A DNA stretch of 64,000 nt from Octopus bimaculoides. Its lineage: Eukaryota. The DNA is taken from NCBI RefSeq assembly GCF_001194135.2, contig NC_068982.1, positions 38,240,868 through 38,304,867 of the forward strand, in the 5' to 3' direction. Below are positions 37,602 through 50,808 of this stretch, piece by piece. Both the position numbers and the translations under genes were made by a program. The number at the start of each line of letters is the position of its first letter. Position 1 is the stretch's first letter. The notes below the pieces were generated by a model. That model saw only the letters and a list, made by a program, of their open reading frames with translations. It ran no database searches and was not told the origin of the DNA.

Positions 37602-38579
37602 CTGACAAACAGTAAAGGGAGTAATAAGTAACAAGTCTTACTTCATTTTTTCTTTGAGTATAGTATTGAATGTAAGCATTGTCTCAAATCAATGAATTCA
37701 TTAATAATAATAATGAATAACAACAATAGTAATAATTATGATATCAACAGTAAACTCACTTGGTACACTCTGCACAAAACATGTAGCACAGAGCCTATCA
37801 CAACTCAATAACATAACATAACTCACACATCCCTCTCTCTACAATACAGTAATATAATACATACTATTGAATAATTAGCACCCACTACTATAAAATCAAC
37901 AACTTACCTACCTTACATTATATGCCTATTAATATAATGCTGCACAACTGTACTCTACATCAATGGTTCTCAATCTTTTGTACCTCAGTGTTCCCTTTCA
38001 CTGAATGGTATTTATAAATAAAAAAAAAAGCTTAAAAAAAGTAGGCACTTAAGGTGGCAAGCTGGCAGAATCATTAGCAGCATTTTGTTCATCTTTACAT
38101 TGTGAGTTCAAATTCTGCCAAGGTTGACTATGCCTTTCAGGGGCAGAAACTAGCTAATTTTGCACAACACTAAAGCACATAACACATCTTGCACAGTGTA
38201 TATGAAAGACAATTGTCAGGCATGTGCGGAGAAGGTGTGCGCAGGAGAAGAAAGATAATGAATGAGTTCATAATCTAGCATAAAAAGCATTTAAATTACT
38301 TGAATACAAAACTGCAAGGATTCAATAAAATGGTAATGGATATATGACTTTATCTGTGTTTTTAAAAAGAAATTTAACCTGTGTGAACCTCACCTACTAG
38401 ATGGTAATATTACACAATGTACAACCTTAACATTCTGTGACAAAACACATGTGTCTCATGCCAATCTCAACCCAGAGAAAAGTGCATCAAAATTTTTTGA
38501 ATAATGGTCGCTACTTTTCCACATTTAGAAGTCATAGCTCCGGTAATATGGACGTGTGATTAGAATGTCACAAGAAAGA

Positions 38580-38815
38580 TTAAAACTGATTCTTCAAACC
38601 AAATCAACTGGCAGGAGACTTAAGGGTAGACCATGAGTGAGATAGTTGGATAATATCCATAGTCTCAGTTGGTCATGCTTGGGAATCCAGCAGGAAAGTG
38701 TAATGATAGTTGCTTCTGATAGGACCCTATGGAGGAAGTGCCTGAGGATTTTGTCCCATGACTTTCTCAGGAATAGTGGGCAGAGAAGATGGATGGATGA
38801 ATAAATTCCAAGAAA
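38580..38815 (+). mobile_element. Decayed RTE-type LINE 3' end
   Basis: Translates approximately RGRP*VR*LDNIHSLSWSCLGIQ...DRTLWR. Confidence 0.55.
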
Positions 38816-39751
38816 GACTGCCTACTTTATAAATCCTTCAGAATGATTTTTCCTATTTTTCAGGAGACATTCTCTGTTAGTGTCAGTTATGTATCAGAAC
38901 GTTTCTAATTTGAATTAATTGAGCCCCATGTAATTCTGTGTTGAGGAATAAGTTTTTCAAGAGTCATTGTCAGCACATTTTATCAATATCTTGTACTAAA
39001 TTATATCAGGATTAAGTGTTTGGCCTCAGAAATTAAGTTGATGCTTAGAAACACATGTAACTGTGAACAATCATATTATGGGCTTGAATAAGTTTTGACT
39101 TTAGTTTCACCCTACTTCTCAGTTCAATACTAAAAGTGGCTACAGTTCAGTCTTTGGTGCCAAAAGTTGATATATTGATTAAATCAAGTATCAAGGAGCA
39201 GTAGTAGTATAAGATGCACGACAGAGTAATTAAGGTAATTTCATAACTGATTTTGTTTACTTATTTGTTAACATGAATGTGGAATAAATTTACGTTCCTT
39301 ATTTTTATAAGTGATTGCAATCTTCTCCAACATAGTTATGTTATCTGTCCTGAATTCTATGTACTCATATTATATTTGGCCTACTAGAGTAAATGATTTT
39401 GACATCCTTGATGCTGCGGTTCTTTCACTGGCTCATAACTGCAGGTGCTGTTGGAGAAGTAACTGTTATAGTTGAAAGCTCTTTCTATTGCAAATTACAC
39501 AGTTTTAACATAGGGATGGTGTTTTTACTTTTCAGTTTAAACAAAAGAACTTCACTGAAAATTATTCTTAGGTCTTTTGACTGTCAAAACATTTTAAATA
39601 AAATTCTAATCTAAGTAAAATCATTGTCAAGAATTAAATGGTCAACATTAAGGGTAATGTATATTTTATGTACTTGGTGTAGTGAATTGAAAGAATCTGT
39701 TTATATCATGAAACCTCTCTATTCATTATTCATAAAGCTTGTGATATTTAC

Positions 39752-39929
39752 ATAATGGTAAACTGGTTTTGTCGTTCTGTGTCCAATATTATTGCAGAAT
39801 CTTTTATATTCATGATGTCTGTTGGAGATCCTTTTAATGATTCTTGTTCATTCTTGTAACATAGCAACTGGCATTTCTTTTCTTCAAATACACACCATAA
39901 TTTCTTTTTTGCTTTTAGTTTCTGAAAGG
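39752..39929 (-). CDS. TBC1D2B: TBC1D2B-like exon, PH domain (SFQKLKAKKKLWCVFEEKKCQLLCYKNEQESLKGSPTDIMNIKDSAIILDTERQNQFTI)
   Basis: ttgtag acceptor, GTAAAT donor, phase 1 to 2. Resembles the TBC1D2 PH segment W-x-x-x-D/E-E-R/K-K-C-Q-L. Confidence 0.88.
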
Positions 39930-40529
39930 CTACAATTTATGAAATATGAAATTGAAATATTTTAATTAAACATTATACATGAAAGCAAATTAATAATGAA
40001 AAAAAAAAGGATGCAATTCCAAGTCCAGCAGTCATATTAGAATAATGATTAAACTTTAATTTAAAATTTTTATAAATCAAAATTAAAACCTTGTTCAAGG
40101 AATAATTTGCTTCTGGATAGATTTCTTGGAGAGCATATTAAAAGTGAACAGTTTGACAATATTTTTTAGATATTTATTCAAGTATACAATGCTTAGGATG
40201 TTTTTTAATTACAAAGTGGGTTGAACTTATTTAAATTATTGACTTGAAATTACTCCAGTTGAACTCTCTTTTTATGTTAACAGGGAGATTACACACACAC
40301 ATGCACACATACATGCACACACGCACATACGTACACACACACACACACTCGCACGCGCATACACACAAATATAGGCAAATCGGAAATTATAAATAACAAA
40401 ACAACAAATGTCAAAAGGACATACTTATGAAATGTATTTACTTGATGCTCAGTATAAGATGAAAAAATGAGTCGGTGTATAATGTTTCAAGCATGACTCT
40501 TTGTCAAGTGTAAATATATATATATATTA

Positions 40530-40700
40530 GCAATGACACCCTGGTCTCTTGCCATTTCCGCTCTACTGGTCATTCATTACAACACCTGTCTGTGTTTGGA
40601 TTGTCTTTGCACAGGGGCTGTCCAGACTCCCACCTTCACTGTGAACAAGAATTAATCTTCTCTCTTTGCTACTTTGCACCACATGGGCTCAACTTCCCTT
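40530..40700 (+). mobile_element. Penelope-like GIY-YIG 3' fragment
   Basis: Similar to 53590-53730 (HFRSTGHSLQHLSVFGL...EQELIFSL). Followed by a C-rich low-complexity tract. Confidence 0.75.
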
Positions 40701-41732
40701 CCCTCTCCATCTGACTCCCCTCCTCTCTCCTCTCTTCATCTCACACCTACTTCCTCTCTTCATTCCTACCCACCTCTCCTCCCTTGCCCTGACACCTACT
40801 TCCTATTTTCACTCCTATCCACCTTCTCCCTTCATCGTTACCCCCTCTATCCACACCCCACCCCTACACATCCCATCCCCACCATCCCAACAAATCGAAA
40901 CCCACCACCCAATGCAACTCCAAAACATCCCACTTCCACAAACTGCACACTTACTCTAACATCCTACTCCCACATACCCCACCCTACCCCACATCCTCAN
41001 NNNNNNNNNNNNNNNNNNNNNNNNNNNNNNNNNNNNNNNNNNNNNNNNNNNNNNNNNNNNNNNNNNNNNNNNNNNNNNNNNNNNNNNNNNNNNNNNNNNN
41101 NNNNNNNNNNNNNNNNNNNNNNNNNNNNNNNNNNNNNNNNNNNNNNNNNNNNNNNNNNNNNNNNNNNNNNNNNNNNNNNNNNNNNNNNNNNNNNNNNNNN
41201 NNNNNNNNNNNNNNNNNNNNNNNNNNNNNNNNNNNNNNNNNNNNNNNNNNNNNNNNNNNNNNNNNNNNNNNNNNNNNNNNNNNNNNNNNNNNNNNNNNNN
41301 NNNNNNNNNNNNNNNNNNNNNNNNNNNNNNNNNNNNNNNNNNNNNNNNNNNNNNNNNNNNNNNNNNNNNNNNNNNNNNNNNNNNNNNNNNNNNNNNNNNN
41401 NNNNNNNNNNNNNNNNNNNNNNNNNNNNNNNNNNNNNNNNNNNNNNNNNNNNNNNNNNNNNNNNNNNNNNNNNNNNNNNNNNNNNNNNNNNNNNNNNNNN
41501 NNNNNNNNNNNNNNNNNNNNNNNNNNNNNNNNNNNNNNNNNNNNNNNNNNNNNNNNNNNNNNNNNNNNNNNNNNNNNNNNNNNNNNNNNNNNNNNNNNNN
41601 NNNNNNNNNNNNNNNNNNNNNNNNNNNNNNNNNNNNNNNNNNNNNNNNNNNNNNNNNNNNNNNNNNNNNNNNNNNNNNNNNNNNNNNNNNNNNNNNNNNN
41701 NNNNNNNNNNNNNNNNNNNNNNNNNNNNNNNN

Positions 41733-41779
<47 letters not shown>

Positions 41780-42719
41780 AAGGCTGTCATTTATGAGTAT
41801 CAGAGCATTTAGTGAATTATAATTAATTTACATATGCAGTACAGTATTGAATCTATAAGGTTTATTCTAAAGTATATCATAGTATAAAAAATTAACACGG
41901 ATTAGTAATTTACTCATCAAATTATCTATACCCAGTTTACTAATAGTGGCTAAAAATATAGTATAACTATGGACACCTAGGGAAGGTAATTAAGTTACTG
42001 ATGAAATCACAATAACAATTGAAACTAGTCCAGCTGACACCCCTTTTCCTATTCCTAGTGAGATTTGGAAAAACAAAAAAGAGTGCATTTAATTAATTTA
42101 CATTTACGGTGCAAGCTTAAACATGTAATTTATTCTGTTACATATCATAGCATGAAATTATCTCGAGTACGGATTTCTCACAGAAAAGAGGAGAGAGCAA
42201 TCAACACTTCAAAATCCGAAATGTTCTCAATAGCATCCCAGTATTATATTTTGCACTAATAATTGGTTGGCATCACATTTGATAATCATACCCTTTACAC
42301 GTTTCATTACAGAAGGGTCCTATAGGCGTATGCTAAGCTGAACTATTCTCTGAATTGTTGCTTTAGAAGTGATGCCAATTATATCAGTAATTTCAGAAAG
42401 CACCCTGAGAGCCAAAATTCTATAGACTTAAATGGGCAACAGGATATAATTCTCTAATAAAAACTTCAGAAGAGCATAGTTCCAAAACAACCAAAATGAA
42501 ATATGAGTGAAACGCCATTTGACTTACCAGGGGCAAGAAAAGAAAATTATTTAAGCCTATATGAATAGCATATTTACATGTCTTATAGAAAATTACAAGC
42601 TATCCTAAATGGCTTACTTTGACTAGAAAAATGTTTAATAGGTAAATGATTAAGCAAGAGGTGATACCTATAGGTGCACAGAACTGATGTCAAAAAAGGA
42701 TGCTGTCCTAAAGTGAAAA

Positions 42720-42930
42720 GAATTGTTGCTGTTCATCTCTAAGTTGACCTAGGAGTAAAGGCATTCTAACCACAACTATCCTCAGGTTTTTTCCAGATGC
42801 AGCGCTTCAAGAACATGTCCAATGTGACCTTTGTTTTTTTTAGGATGGTCGACTGATGTGAATAAGATTTGGTTACTATTTTTAGCAGGTTGAACTGCCT
42901 CTTATAGGCTCCCTCATTGGCTTGAGTAAG
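42720..42930. repeat. Unclassified dispersed repeat (similar segments at about 31560-31700, 49430-49620, 54700-54815)
   Basis: Recurrent GATTTGG.TGCTA.TTTTAG.AGGT.GA.C...AGGCTCC motif. Confidence 0.45.
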
Positions 42931-44188
42931 ACAAGTGTTGTGTTGGAGTCAAGTACCATATTAAGATTTAACTAATTGAACTTATCATCAGATTGTACTC
43001 TTACTTGAGTATACAGTAGAGTAAGATATGGTTTTTGATTGTTGTTGTTTGTACTCAGTGACACAAAAGTTGTCAAGATTTGTAAAACGAATAAAATGGA
43101 CTCTTTTTAATGTTAATTCTGTTATGAAAAATACATTGCTGAACATCTTGTATTTGACAATATGGTATAAAAATGTCAAAGTAACTCTCAAATATTGACT
43201 TATATATAGCTGGAACAAATCTACAAACATATTGTATGTTATAGGTGGAGCAGAAGGTCACCTAACTTGTGAAACAGAGTGGCATTATGTAAGAGAAGCA
43301 TGCATAAAACTGAAAAAAAAATAATAAAAAAGTAATCAAATATAAAAAAAAATCAATCAAGCCATTCTAAGTGCATTTCCAAATTTTATAATCTTGCGTT
43401 AAAAGTAGGTCAAAATCCTGCATAAGTAGATTAAAGATGATGGGTGATCATGAATAAACAGGTATTATAATAATTCTTATTTGGAATTGGATCTCAAACA
43501 ACATATAAAGTTATAAGCAATAGCATGTAAATATTGGGTCGAAAACCTTTTTGGATAGAAAAAGGTTGATGGCTCAAATCCACATCTCCTGTAGACATGA
43601 CAGATATTACAACCTTTTTTTTCTATCTTTAAGTCAGAAGGAAGAGCAGTACCTGTGACCTGAGGTGTCTATGACCTATAACAGGGCCAGAAGGGAGAAA
43701 GCTATTCTCAAGTTAGAAATCTGGCCTGAATGCATGCAACAAAGTGGACTCTGTTAAAGGCATCCAAGATGCCAGGTGTTGATGTCAAACTGGGGCAACA
43801 GGTAGAGTCTACCACCTTAACAGGCCATGGCAGAATTTGAACTCAGAACACAAAGAACTGGACCAAAGCACCCTGGTCTGATGTTCTCACATTTCTATCA
43901 ATTTGTTGTTTTGAATTGATACTTTTCTATTGAACTCCAAAACATGAAAAGCAGTGCACAGCTAAAATAATAAAATATATCAAAATTCAATTCAGCATAA
44001 TATAATTAGCCATATACATACATGCATACATACATACACACATACAAACATACATACATACATACATATACATACATATACATACAAACATACATACATG
44101 TATACATATACATATTTTCTTTTCTTTTTGTATATAAATTGTTGAAATAGCCAATGCTAAAATTATAAAAATGCAAATTTTTACTCAC

Positions 44189-44252
44189 ATCCACCTGGTT
44201 TATAAAATAAATATCCTGACAAGCTGTGCCAACCAGACATTTTCTCTATCTT
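44189..44252 (-). CDS. TBC1D2B: TBC1D2B-like exon, PH domain start (KIEKMSGWHSLSGYLFYKPGG)
   Basis: tgatgtttag acceptor, GTGAGT donor, phase 0 to 1. LSGYL is a PH beta-1 type motif. AAAATG at 44240 is an alternative start codon. Confidence 0.8.
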
Positions 44253-45423
44253 CTAAACATCAAATTATTCTGTGAGGCTTCTCAATAAACATCTGAAATA
44301 AATTTTGTCCATAATGATGAATATTAAGAATTAAGTTAGATAACAAATATGAAAGGCATAAAACAATTCTTTTTAGAAATTGCAAGTTCACTGATGAATG
44401 ATATACCTTAATACTGATTGAATATATATAAATAAAAAATTATTTTATCAAAATATTGTGTATAGTTGAATGAAACACTTTAAAATATTCAGTTTCCTCT
44501 GCTAGAATACTGTATTTGATAATTTGAAAAAGTCAACCTGTTAGTATCCTATTGTTGACTATGTTGATATTAGTATCCTGTTGAAGTGTTACTTCAAAAT
44601 CCAGAGCTAATTACCATTTCTGTAATTCATTTCAGCTTCTGAATTGATTAATTCTGTGTATCTGTTTGCATGTTTATGCATCTAAATATTTGTTTGTGAC
44701 TGCTTTGATTATTTTGAATACATATGCATCTTTATACAGAATTATACAAAGGAATGAGAATTAATGAATGATCAAATAGTTTGGAGAGATGAACTTAGTT
44801 ATTAAGTGAGAAATGAAGGTCTAATTTCCCTCTGACTCACACAATATTTTAATTTTATTTTCCACAATTTTTGTTCAGAATCCCAAGCTGCATAAGATCT
44901 TTAAGAATTTAATTATTACCAAGTATGTTATTTTTCTAAACCATGGAACATTGACCGTAAAGTTCACATTACTAGTTACAGAATTTAAAGCAGTCACTAT
45001 TTATACATAGATATACATTTGTTTTATTGCTAGCCTTTAACATGAAGAATGTTGCAGAAGCAATAAGTAGTAGGCAACAGCTTGCCTGAACTGTTTGAGA
45101 ATATGATTTGTCTAATCTTTCTGTTTCAAAGTCCTACTCTCAAAGATTCTCTGCTATTACACAGTTACTTTCTGAGTAATTTGATTTTTCCTGATCTGTT
45201 ACTTGACTAATATCTCAGTGTAATAGCATATCCAGTTACGTGTTAAAAAGTCAAGTAAAAGTCATAGCTTAAAAGTTGATTAATATGATTGAGACAATCA
45301 ATGTTGTTTGTGATATACGAAGGAAAAAAACAGATCAAAACAAAAGTGTATGATTATGTCATATAGGTTGTGACTGTGTGGTAAGAAGCTTGCTTCCCAA
45401 CCACATGGTTCAGAGTTCAGTCC

Positions 45424-45455
<32 letters not shown>

Positions 45456-46556
45456 TATATCACTCTCATTCATCATTTATAATTTAAAATCCACTTTAAT
45501 ATGATGAAATGACTGAGATGAATTTGCATAATAGCACATTTTCAACTAACAACATGTTAGATTTTCTCATGATGGGCCAGGTTTGATGCCCTAAGATTTA
45601 TTCAGTTCACCCAAGTTTCTGTTGATTTATCTTCACAATAAGCTTGTAGCATAATTTGTTTTGACCAAACATTTGTTTTCTGAAGTGTTACAGTGCCTTG
45701 CCTGAACAGTTGTCTCACTTGCCAAGGCCAATCTTTCTAATGCCAATTTAATCTAACAGTTTAACAGGCTTAAAATTCTCCACGTACATGAATATAAACT
45801 TGTGTTTGAGATTTAGAGCATGAAATATCAACTTTTTGTGTATAGCTTAACACATGTATAGCATGGGAATGTTTATCGATTGATTATATATTACGAAGGA
45901 AGTAGAGGTAAGTGAGTCAGTAGAGTGTTGATTAAATGTCATATTTTTATTATTTTTCCTGCTTTTGTTATGAGGGCAATCCAACTGGGGTGGTTTTTGT
46001 CTTTCATCCATCTGGAATTAATAGAATAGTGATTCCTAAGATCAGCAACTCTGAGCAGAGAGTGTGGATGTTTAATCAATACCATTGGTTCCAATATATG
46101 ACTGGTACTTATACTATTGACCTCTGAGGGTTGAAACGTAAAGTTGACTATAGTAGGTTTTGAATTCAGAATGTAAAGAATTACTGCAAGGTTTTTTTCT
46201 GACACTCAAACGATTCTTCCAACCCAATGCTGTGAATTGATAGAGTAATGCCATTAACATATGGCCACTGAAAGTTAAGTCCTTGTGATATGGTGGCTTG
46301 TGTGCCTTAATTATCTTGAGATCTCTACTAGTTGAGCGCAATTGTTTAGGAAGGCTTCCCATATGGGACAGATCGAAAGATAGAGACCAGACAAATATAG
46401 ATCGCCTATCTCCAGAGATAAAAAATATAATATAGGTTTGCATAAGGTCAACAACCATATCTAGAAAAATCAAAGTTGCAGAAGCAATGACAACAATTCA
46501 AATCCAATAAAATCTGGGAGAGGTAAGCCTTTCCTCATAGAAATATATAAATATAT

Positions 46557-46947
46557 AGGTACAGGAGTGGCAGTGTGGTAAGTAGCATGCTAACCAACCA
46601 CATTGTTCCAGGTTCAGTCCCACTGCATAGCACCTTGGTCAAGTGTCTTCTACTATAGCCTTGGGCTGACCAAAGCCTAATGAGTGGATTTGGTAGACGG
46701 AAACTGAAAGAAGCCCGTCATATATATATATATATATGTTTGTGTGTGTGTTTTTGTCACCCCAACATTGCCTGACAACTGATGCTGGTGTGTTTATGTC
46801 CCCGTAACTTAGTGGTTTGGCAAAAGGGACAGACAGAATAAGTACTAGGCTTACAAAGAATAAGTCCTGGGGTCGATATGCTTGACTAAAGGCAGTGCTC
46901 TAGCATGGCCACAGTCAAATGATTGAAACAAGTAAAAGAATAAAAGT
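46557..46947 (+). mobile_element. SINE family C copy
   Basis: Colinear with 24064-24440. Confidence 0.85.
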
Positions 46948-47289
46948 AAATATATATATATACATTATTTCCATTGAAAACCCAGTTTTGGGCTCTTTTT
47001 TTTTTGTTTGTTTGGGTACTACCTCTAAAAGTTTTGTTAATCCAATCAACCCCAGATAATACTTAGCACTACTTGTTAAATGGTGCAAACACAAGCACAG
47101 GCAAAGACACACTCACATACATATATGTCTACATACATACATACATATCATTATGCCAGCATGATGATGATTTAATGTCCACTTTTCCATGTTTGATTGT
47201 GTTGGCTGAAATTTATTGAGGCAGATTCTCTACGTTTGGATTTGCTTCCTGTTGCTGATCCTCACCTGTTTCCAAGCAAAGAAACAGGA

Positions 47290-47473
47290 AGTAAGAGTGA
47301 GAGAAAGTTGTGGTGAAAGAGTACAGCAGGGTTTGCCACCATCCCCTGCTGAAGCTTCGTGGAGATTTAGGTGTTTTTGTTCAATAAACACTCACAACGC
47401 CTGGTCTGGGAATCGAAACCGCGATCCTATGACCACGAGTCCACTGCCCTAACCACTGGGCCATTGCGCCTCC
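47290..47473 (-). mobile_element. tRNA-derived SINE family D
   Basis: GGAGGCGCAATGGCCCAGTGGTTAGGGCAG...GGTTTCGATTCCC head followed by a non-tRNA body. Confidence 0.7.
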
Positions 47474-47489
47474 ACAGATATATATACAT

Positions 47490-47528
<39 letters not shown>

Positions 47529-47720
47529 TAGATAGATAGATACACATACATACATATATACATACATACACATATATATATGCACAAAGTATGGGGGTTT
47601 AGTTCATAGGTGATTTAAATGATTAGGTATGCTAGGTAAGTGCTGTAACAGATTATTAGGGTTCCAAGGTTGTAGCTGAGACGGTAGTTATGGAGCCATT
47701 GCAGATTTCTAATATAGCGG

Positions 47721-48018
47721 ATATATAATTGTTAAAGAGCACAACAAACATTAAGGTGAGATAAACACCTCAAGTCAAATATGTTATTATTATTAGAAAA
47801 AAATTCAAAGTCTTACAGCTGTTTCTGGGATATCCAAGAGTATGAGTTTTTCATTGTCAGAGACAAGCAGGGAAAATGAGAAGGATATTTGTCTCTGATG
47901 ACAGGATATCTCATACTCTGGGATATCCCAGAAACAGCTAGGATAATAATAATAATGTATATGACTTGAAATGTTTGCTTTGCCTTAACATTCGTTGTCC
48001 TCTTTAACAATTATATAT
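47721..48018. ncRNA. Palindromic element of two inverted minimal type I hammerhead-ribozyme motifs (Penelope-like pseudo-LTR type)
   Basis: Plus arm 47891-47940: GTCT-CTGATGA-stem II (GGATATC/GATATCC)-GAAA-C-AGCT. Minus arm 47864-47810: GTCT-CTGACAA-stem II-GAAA-C-AGCT-G-TA-AGAC. The arms are reverse complements of each other over more than 120 bp. Confidence 0.7.
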
Positions 48019-48242
48019 ATATAATCCTTCCTAGAATTAAGATCAAATGAATGTGGTGGTATCTAAGGTATATTTGTTTCCAAACAACACTTATTTTAGT
48101 GGTGTTGACACTGCTGGATTGAATGGTACTACCCAGGTGTCGAAACCATAGTGATATACATGGGGCTGCTGATGATGGAGGCATGTTGGATTGTTAGTAT
48201 GGCTGTTATTGTATGTTGGAATAGTTTTGTAAGACATCCATT

Positions 48243-48290
<48 letters not shown>

Positions 48291-48299
48291 ATATATATC

Positions 48300-49330
48300 A
48301 TCATCACCATTTAATGTCCACTTTCCATGGCATGGGTTAGACAGCTTGACTGGACCTGGTAAGCTGGGAAACTGCACCAGGTTCCAGTCTGAATTTGGCT
48401 TGGTTTCTATAGCTAGATGTCTTTCCTAATTCCAACCACTTTGAGCGTGTAGTGGGTGTCTTTTATCTGTCACCAGTACAGGTGCTTTTATGTGCCACCA
48501 GCATAGGTGTTTTTATGTGTTACTGGCCCAGGTGCTTTTTGTGTTACTAGTATGGATATTGTTATGTGTCACTGGTACCAGTCACAACTATGATTTCACT
48601 TGACTTGACAAGTCTTTTGAAGCACAGCAAATTGCCAAAGGTCATGATTGCTTGTTATTCCCTCCATAAGACCCTACATTTGAAGTTCATGCTTCACCAC
48701 CTTGTCCCATGTCTTCCTGTGTCTACCTCTTCCACAAGTTCCCACCACAGTTAGAGACTGACACTTCTTTATGCCTCATCCTTATCCATACAAGTCACAT
48801 GACCATACTAGTGCAATGCCTCTCTTGTACACCACATCTGATGCTTCTTATACCCAATTTTTCTCTCAAGCCACTTACACTCAGTCATACATGCACACTA
48901 ACATTGCACATCCAGTGGAGCATACTAGATTCATTTCTTTCAAGCCTTTGCATATCCTTTGCCACCACAGCCCATGTTTCAATGCTGTGCAGCATAGCCA
49001 TTTGCACACATGCATCATACAATCTGCCTTTCACTCTGACGGGGAGGCCCTCTGTTGTCAACAAAGGTAGAAGCTCTCTTAACTTTGTTCAGCCTATTCT
49101 TATTCTAGAATTTATGCTCTCAGAGCATCCCCCTCCGCTGCTGATTCGGTCACCTAGATAACAAAAGCAATCAGCTACTTCTAGGTTCCCCACTTGCATT
49201 TGATGGAGCCTATTTTCTGTATATTTCTAGTCTTTACCGTACCTGTGCATCTGCCATACACAAAGACTATTTTCCCGTTACTCCTCTGATATTGCTGCAC
49301 ACCTCTTATGTGTCCATAGCTTGCACTGGG
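48300..49330 (-). mobile_element. Fragment of the same RTE family (C-terminus plus 3'UTR and tail)
   Basis: Reverse-complement similarity to 22950-24000. (GAT)n tail visible as catcatcacc at about 48300. Confidence 0.8.
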
Positions 49331-50270
49331 TACACCTTATGGAGTTTCTATCTACGTCTTTTTTCCATATTGCAAAGAAAGCTTCTTAGACTACACAGTG
49401 AAAGATCAATACAAAAGTATTTGTAGTTGTTGTACTTGTTTAATCCTAGGCCAGCTCTTAAACAGAAAACATACAAAGACATTTCAACTGTGTCTCTCTC
49501 ATTTTATTTTTAAATACAGTATATCAAAGATTATACTGTCCTATGTGTCTTTTTTTTAAGGTGGTAGTGTATGATTTAAGGACGATAGGTTGCTATTTCT
49601 AACATGTCATCAGCTGCTATAAAATTGGTTGTAATATGATGAGTCATGTTAACAATAACATATGTTACAATATTCCCTCTCTTGTCTAAACAAGACTCTC
49701 TGTTTCATCAACAAAAATTAATGATTTATACATGTGAAACCATGTAATGTCTACCTGGCTGAGGTAATTGTGTTGAAGTCTTGTTTCAATAGGACATTGG
49801 CCAACATTGCCACATGGGAGTCAAAAGATCAAAAACTATGCAAAAGTGATATTTCTGATTTTTTTGGTTTCTTGTGTTGTTTTAAGAAAGTATATTCACC
49901 ACAACGACTACCNNNNNNNNNNNNNNNNNNNNNNNNNNNNNNNNNNNNNNNNNNNNNNNNNNNNNNNNNNNNNNNNNNNNNNNNNNNNNNNNNNNNNNNN
50001 NNNNNNNNNNNNNNNNNNNNNNNNNCTGTAAATGAGTTCCAGCAAAAGCTGGGAAGTTAAAACCTTCGATGGAGTGGTGCCCTTTTCAAGAGCAAGAAAG
50101 TGATTTAATCTCAGTCACTTATATGCCAAGACAGCAGAGCAACCAGATGATTTGTTGACTGAGAAATGACAGCAAACTTCACTGCTTGTAATTCAGTGGT
50201 TTTGTGTATGAAGCTTGCAGAATGTAAGCACTCACACACACACCCAGACACATATGCACACACACACACA

Positions 50271-50309
<39 letters not shown>

Positions 50310-50413
50310 TCATACACATGCACATGCACTCAGACACATATACATGCATGTTTATGAATGTGTGTATAATAGGCAGAAATATGTGTAACAATGTCACTGA
50401 GGGCTACAACCAT

Positions 50414-50808
50414 CAGTGCTGTAAATCACCCTGGTTATCTCATTGCATCCCTGGTATACTCAAGTCAGCTTGGTCTGCTGCAGCCTTATGAGTCCTAGGA
50501 TTAATGACAGACCTAAACTACACATGCTGGCAAAAATTTGTGACTGCTGGTGCATATACTACTGTGTGATGAATCTATAGAAGTGCTGATATTTCATTGT
50601 TGCAAACATGTGTGATGTACTGAAGATGGTTTGAAGAAGTTTGAATCCTGACTTGTGCTAACATTGAATTATAGTGGGAGAGATGTGCCAAACGATCAAC
50701 CGCACTTATCTCATCCCTGACTTTCTAAACCTGCAACAGGGTAGACCAGATTCACTTGAGGTATATCACAGGGATGCAATGAGATGACCAGGATTATTTA
50801 CTGCTCTA
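50414..50808. mobile_element. 395-bp non-autonomous TIR element with 5-bp TSD (ACCAT)
   Basis: About 60-bp TIRs (CCTGGTTATCTCATTGCATCCCTG vs CAGGGATGCAATGAGATGACCAGG). ACCAT at 50409-13 and 50809-13. Confidence 0.75.

Noticed and set aside
39922-39923. Downstream acceptor (ctttcag|AAACTA) for the PH exon
   Set aside because: Gives phase 0, incompatible with the phase-1 upstream exon; the acceptor 8 nt upstream fits.
47430-47473. tRNA-like heads (also 24064, 46557, 61640, 62252) as tRNA genes
   Set aside because: A and B boxes continue into SINE bodies; no complete cloverleaf or acceptor stem.
48100-48160. GACAC…GTGTC-GAAAC as another hammerhead
   Set aside because: No CUGANGA core upstream and no cleavable NUH triplet.
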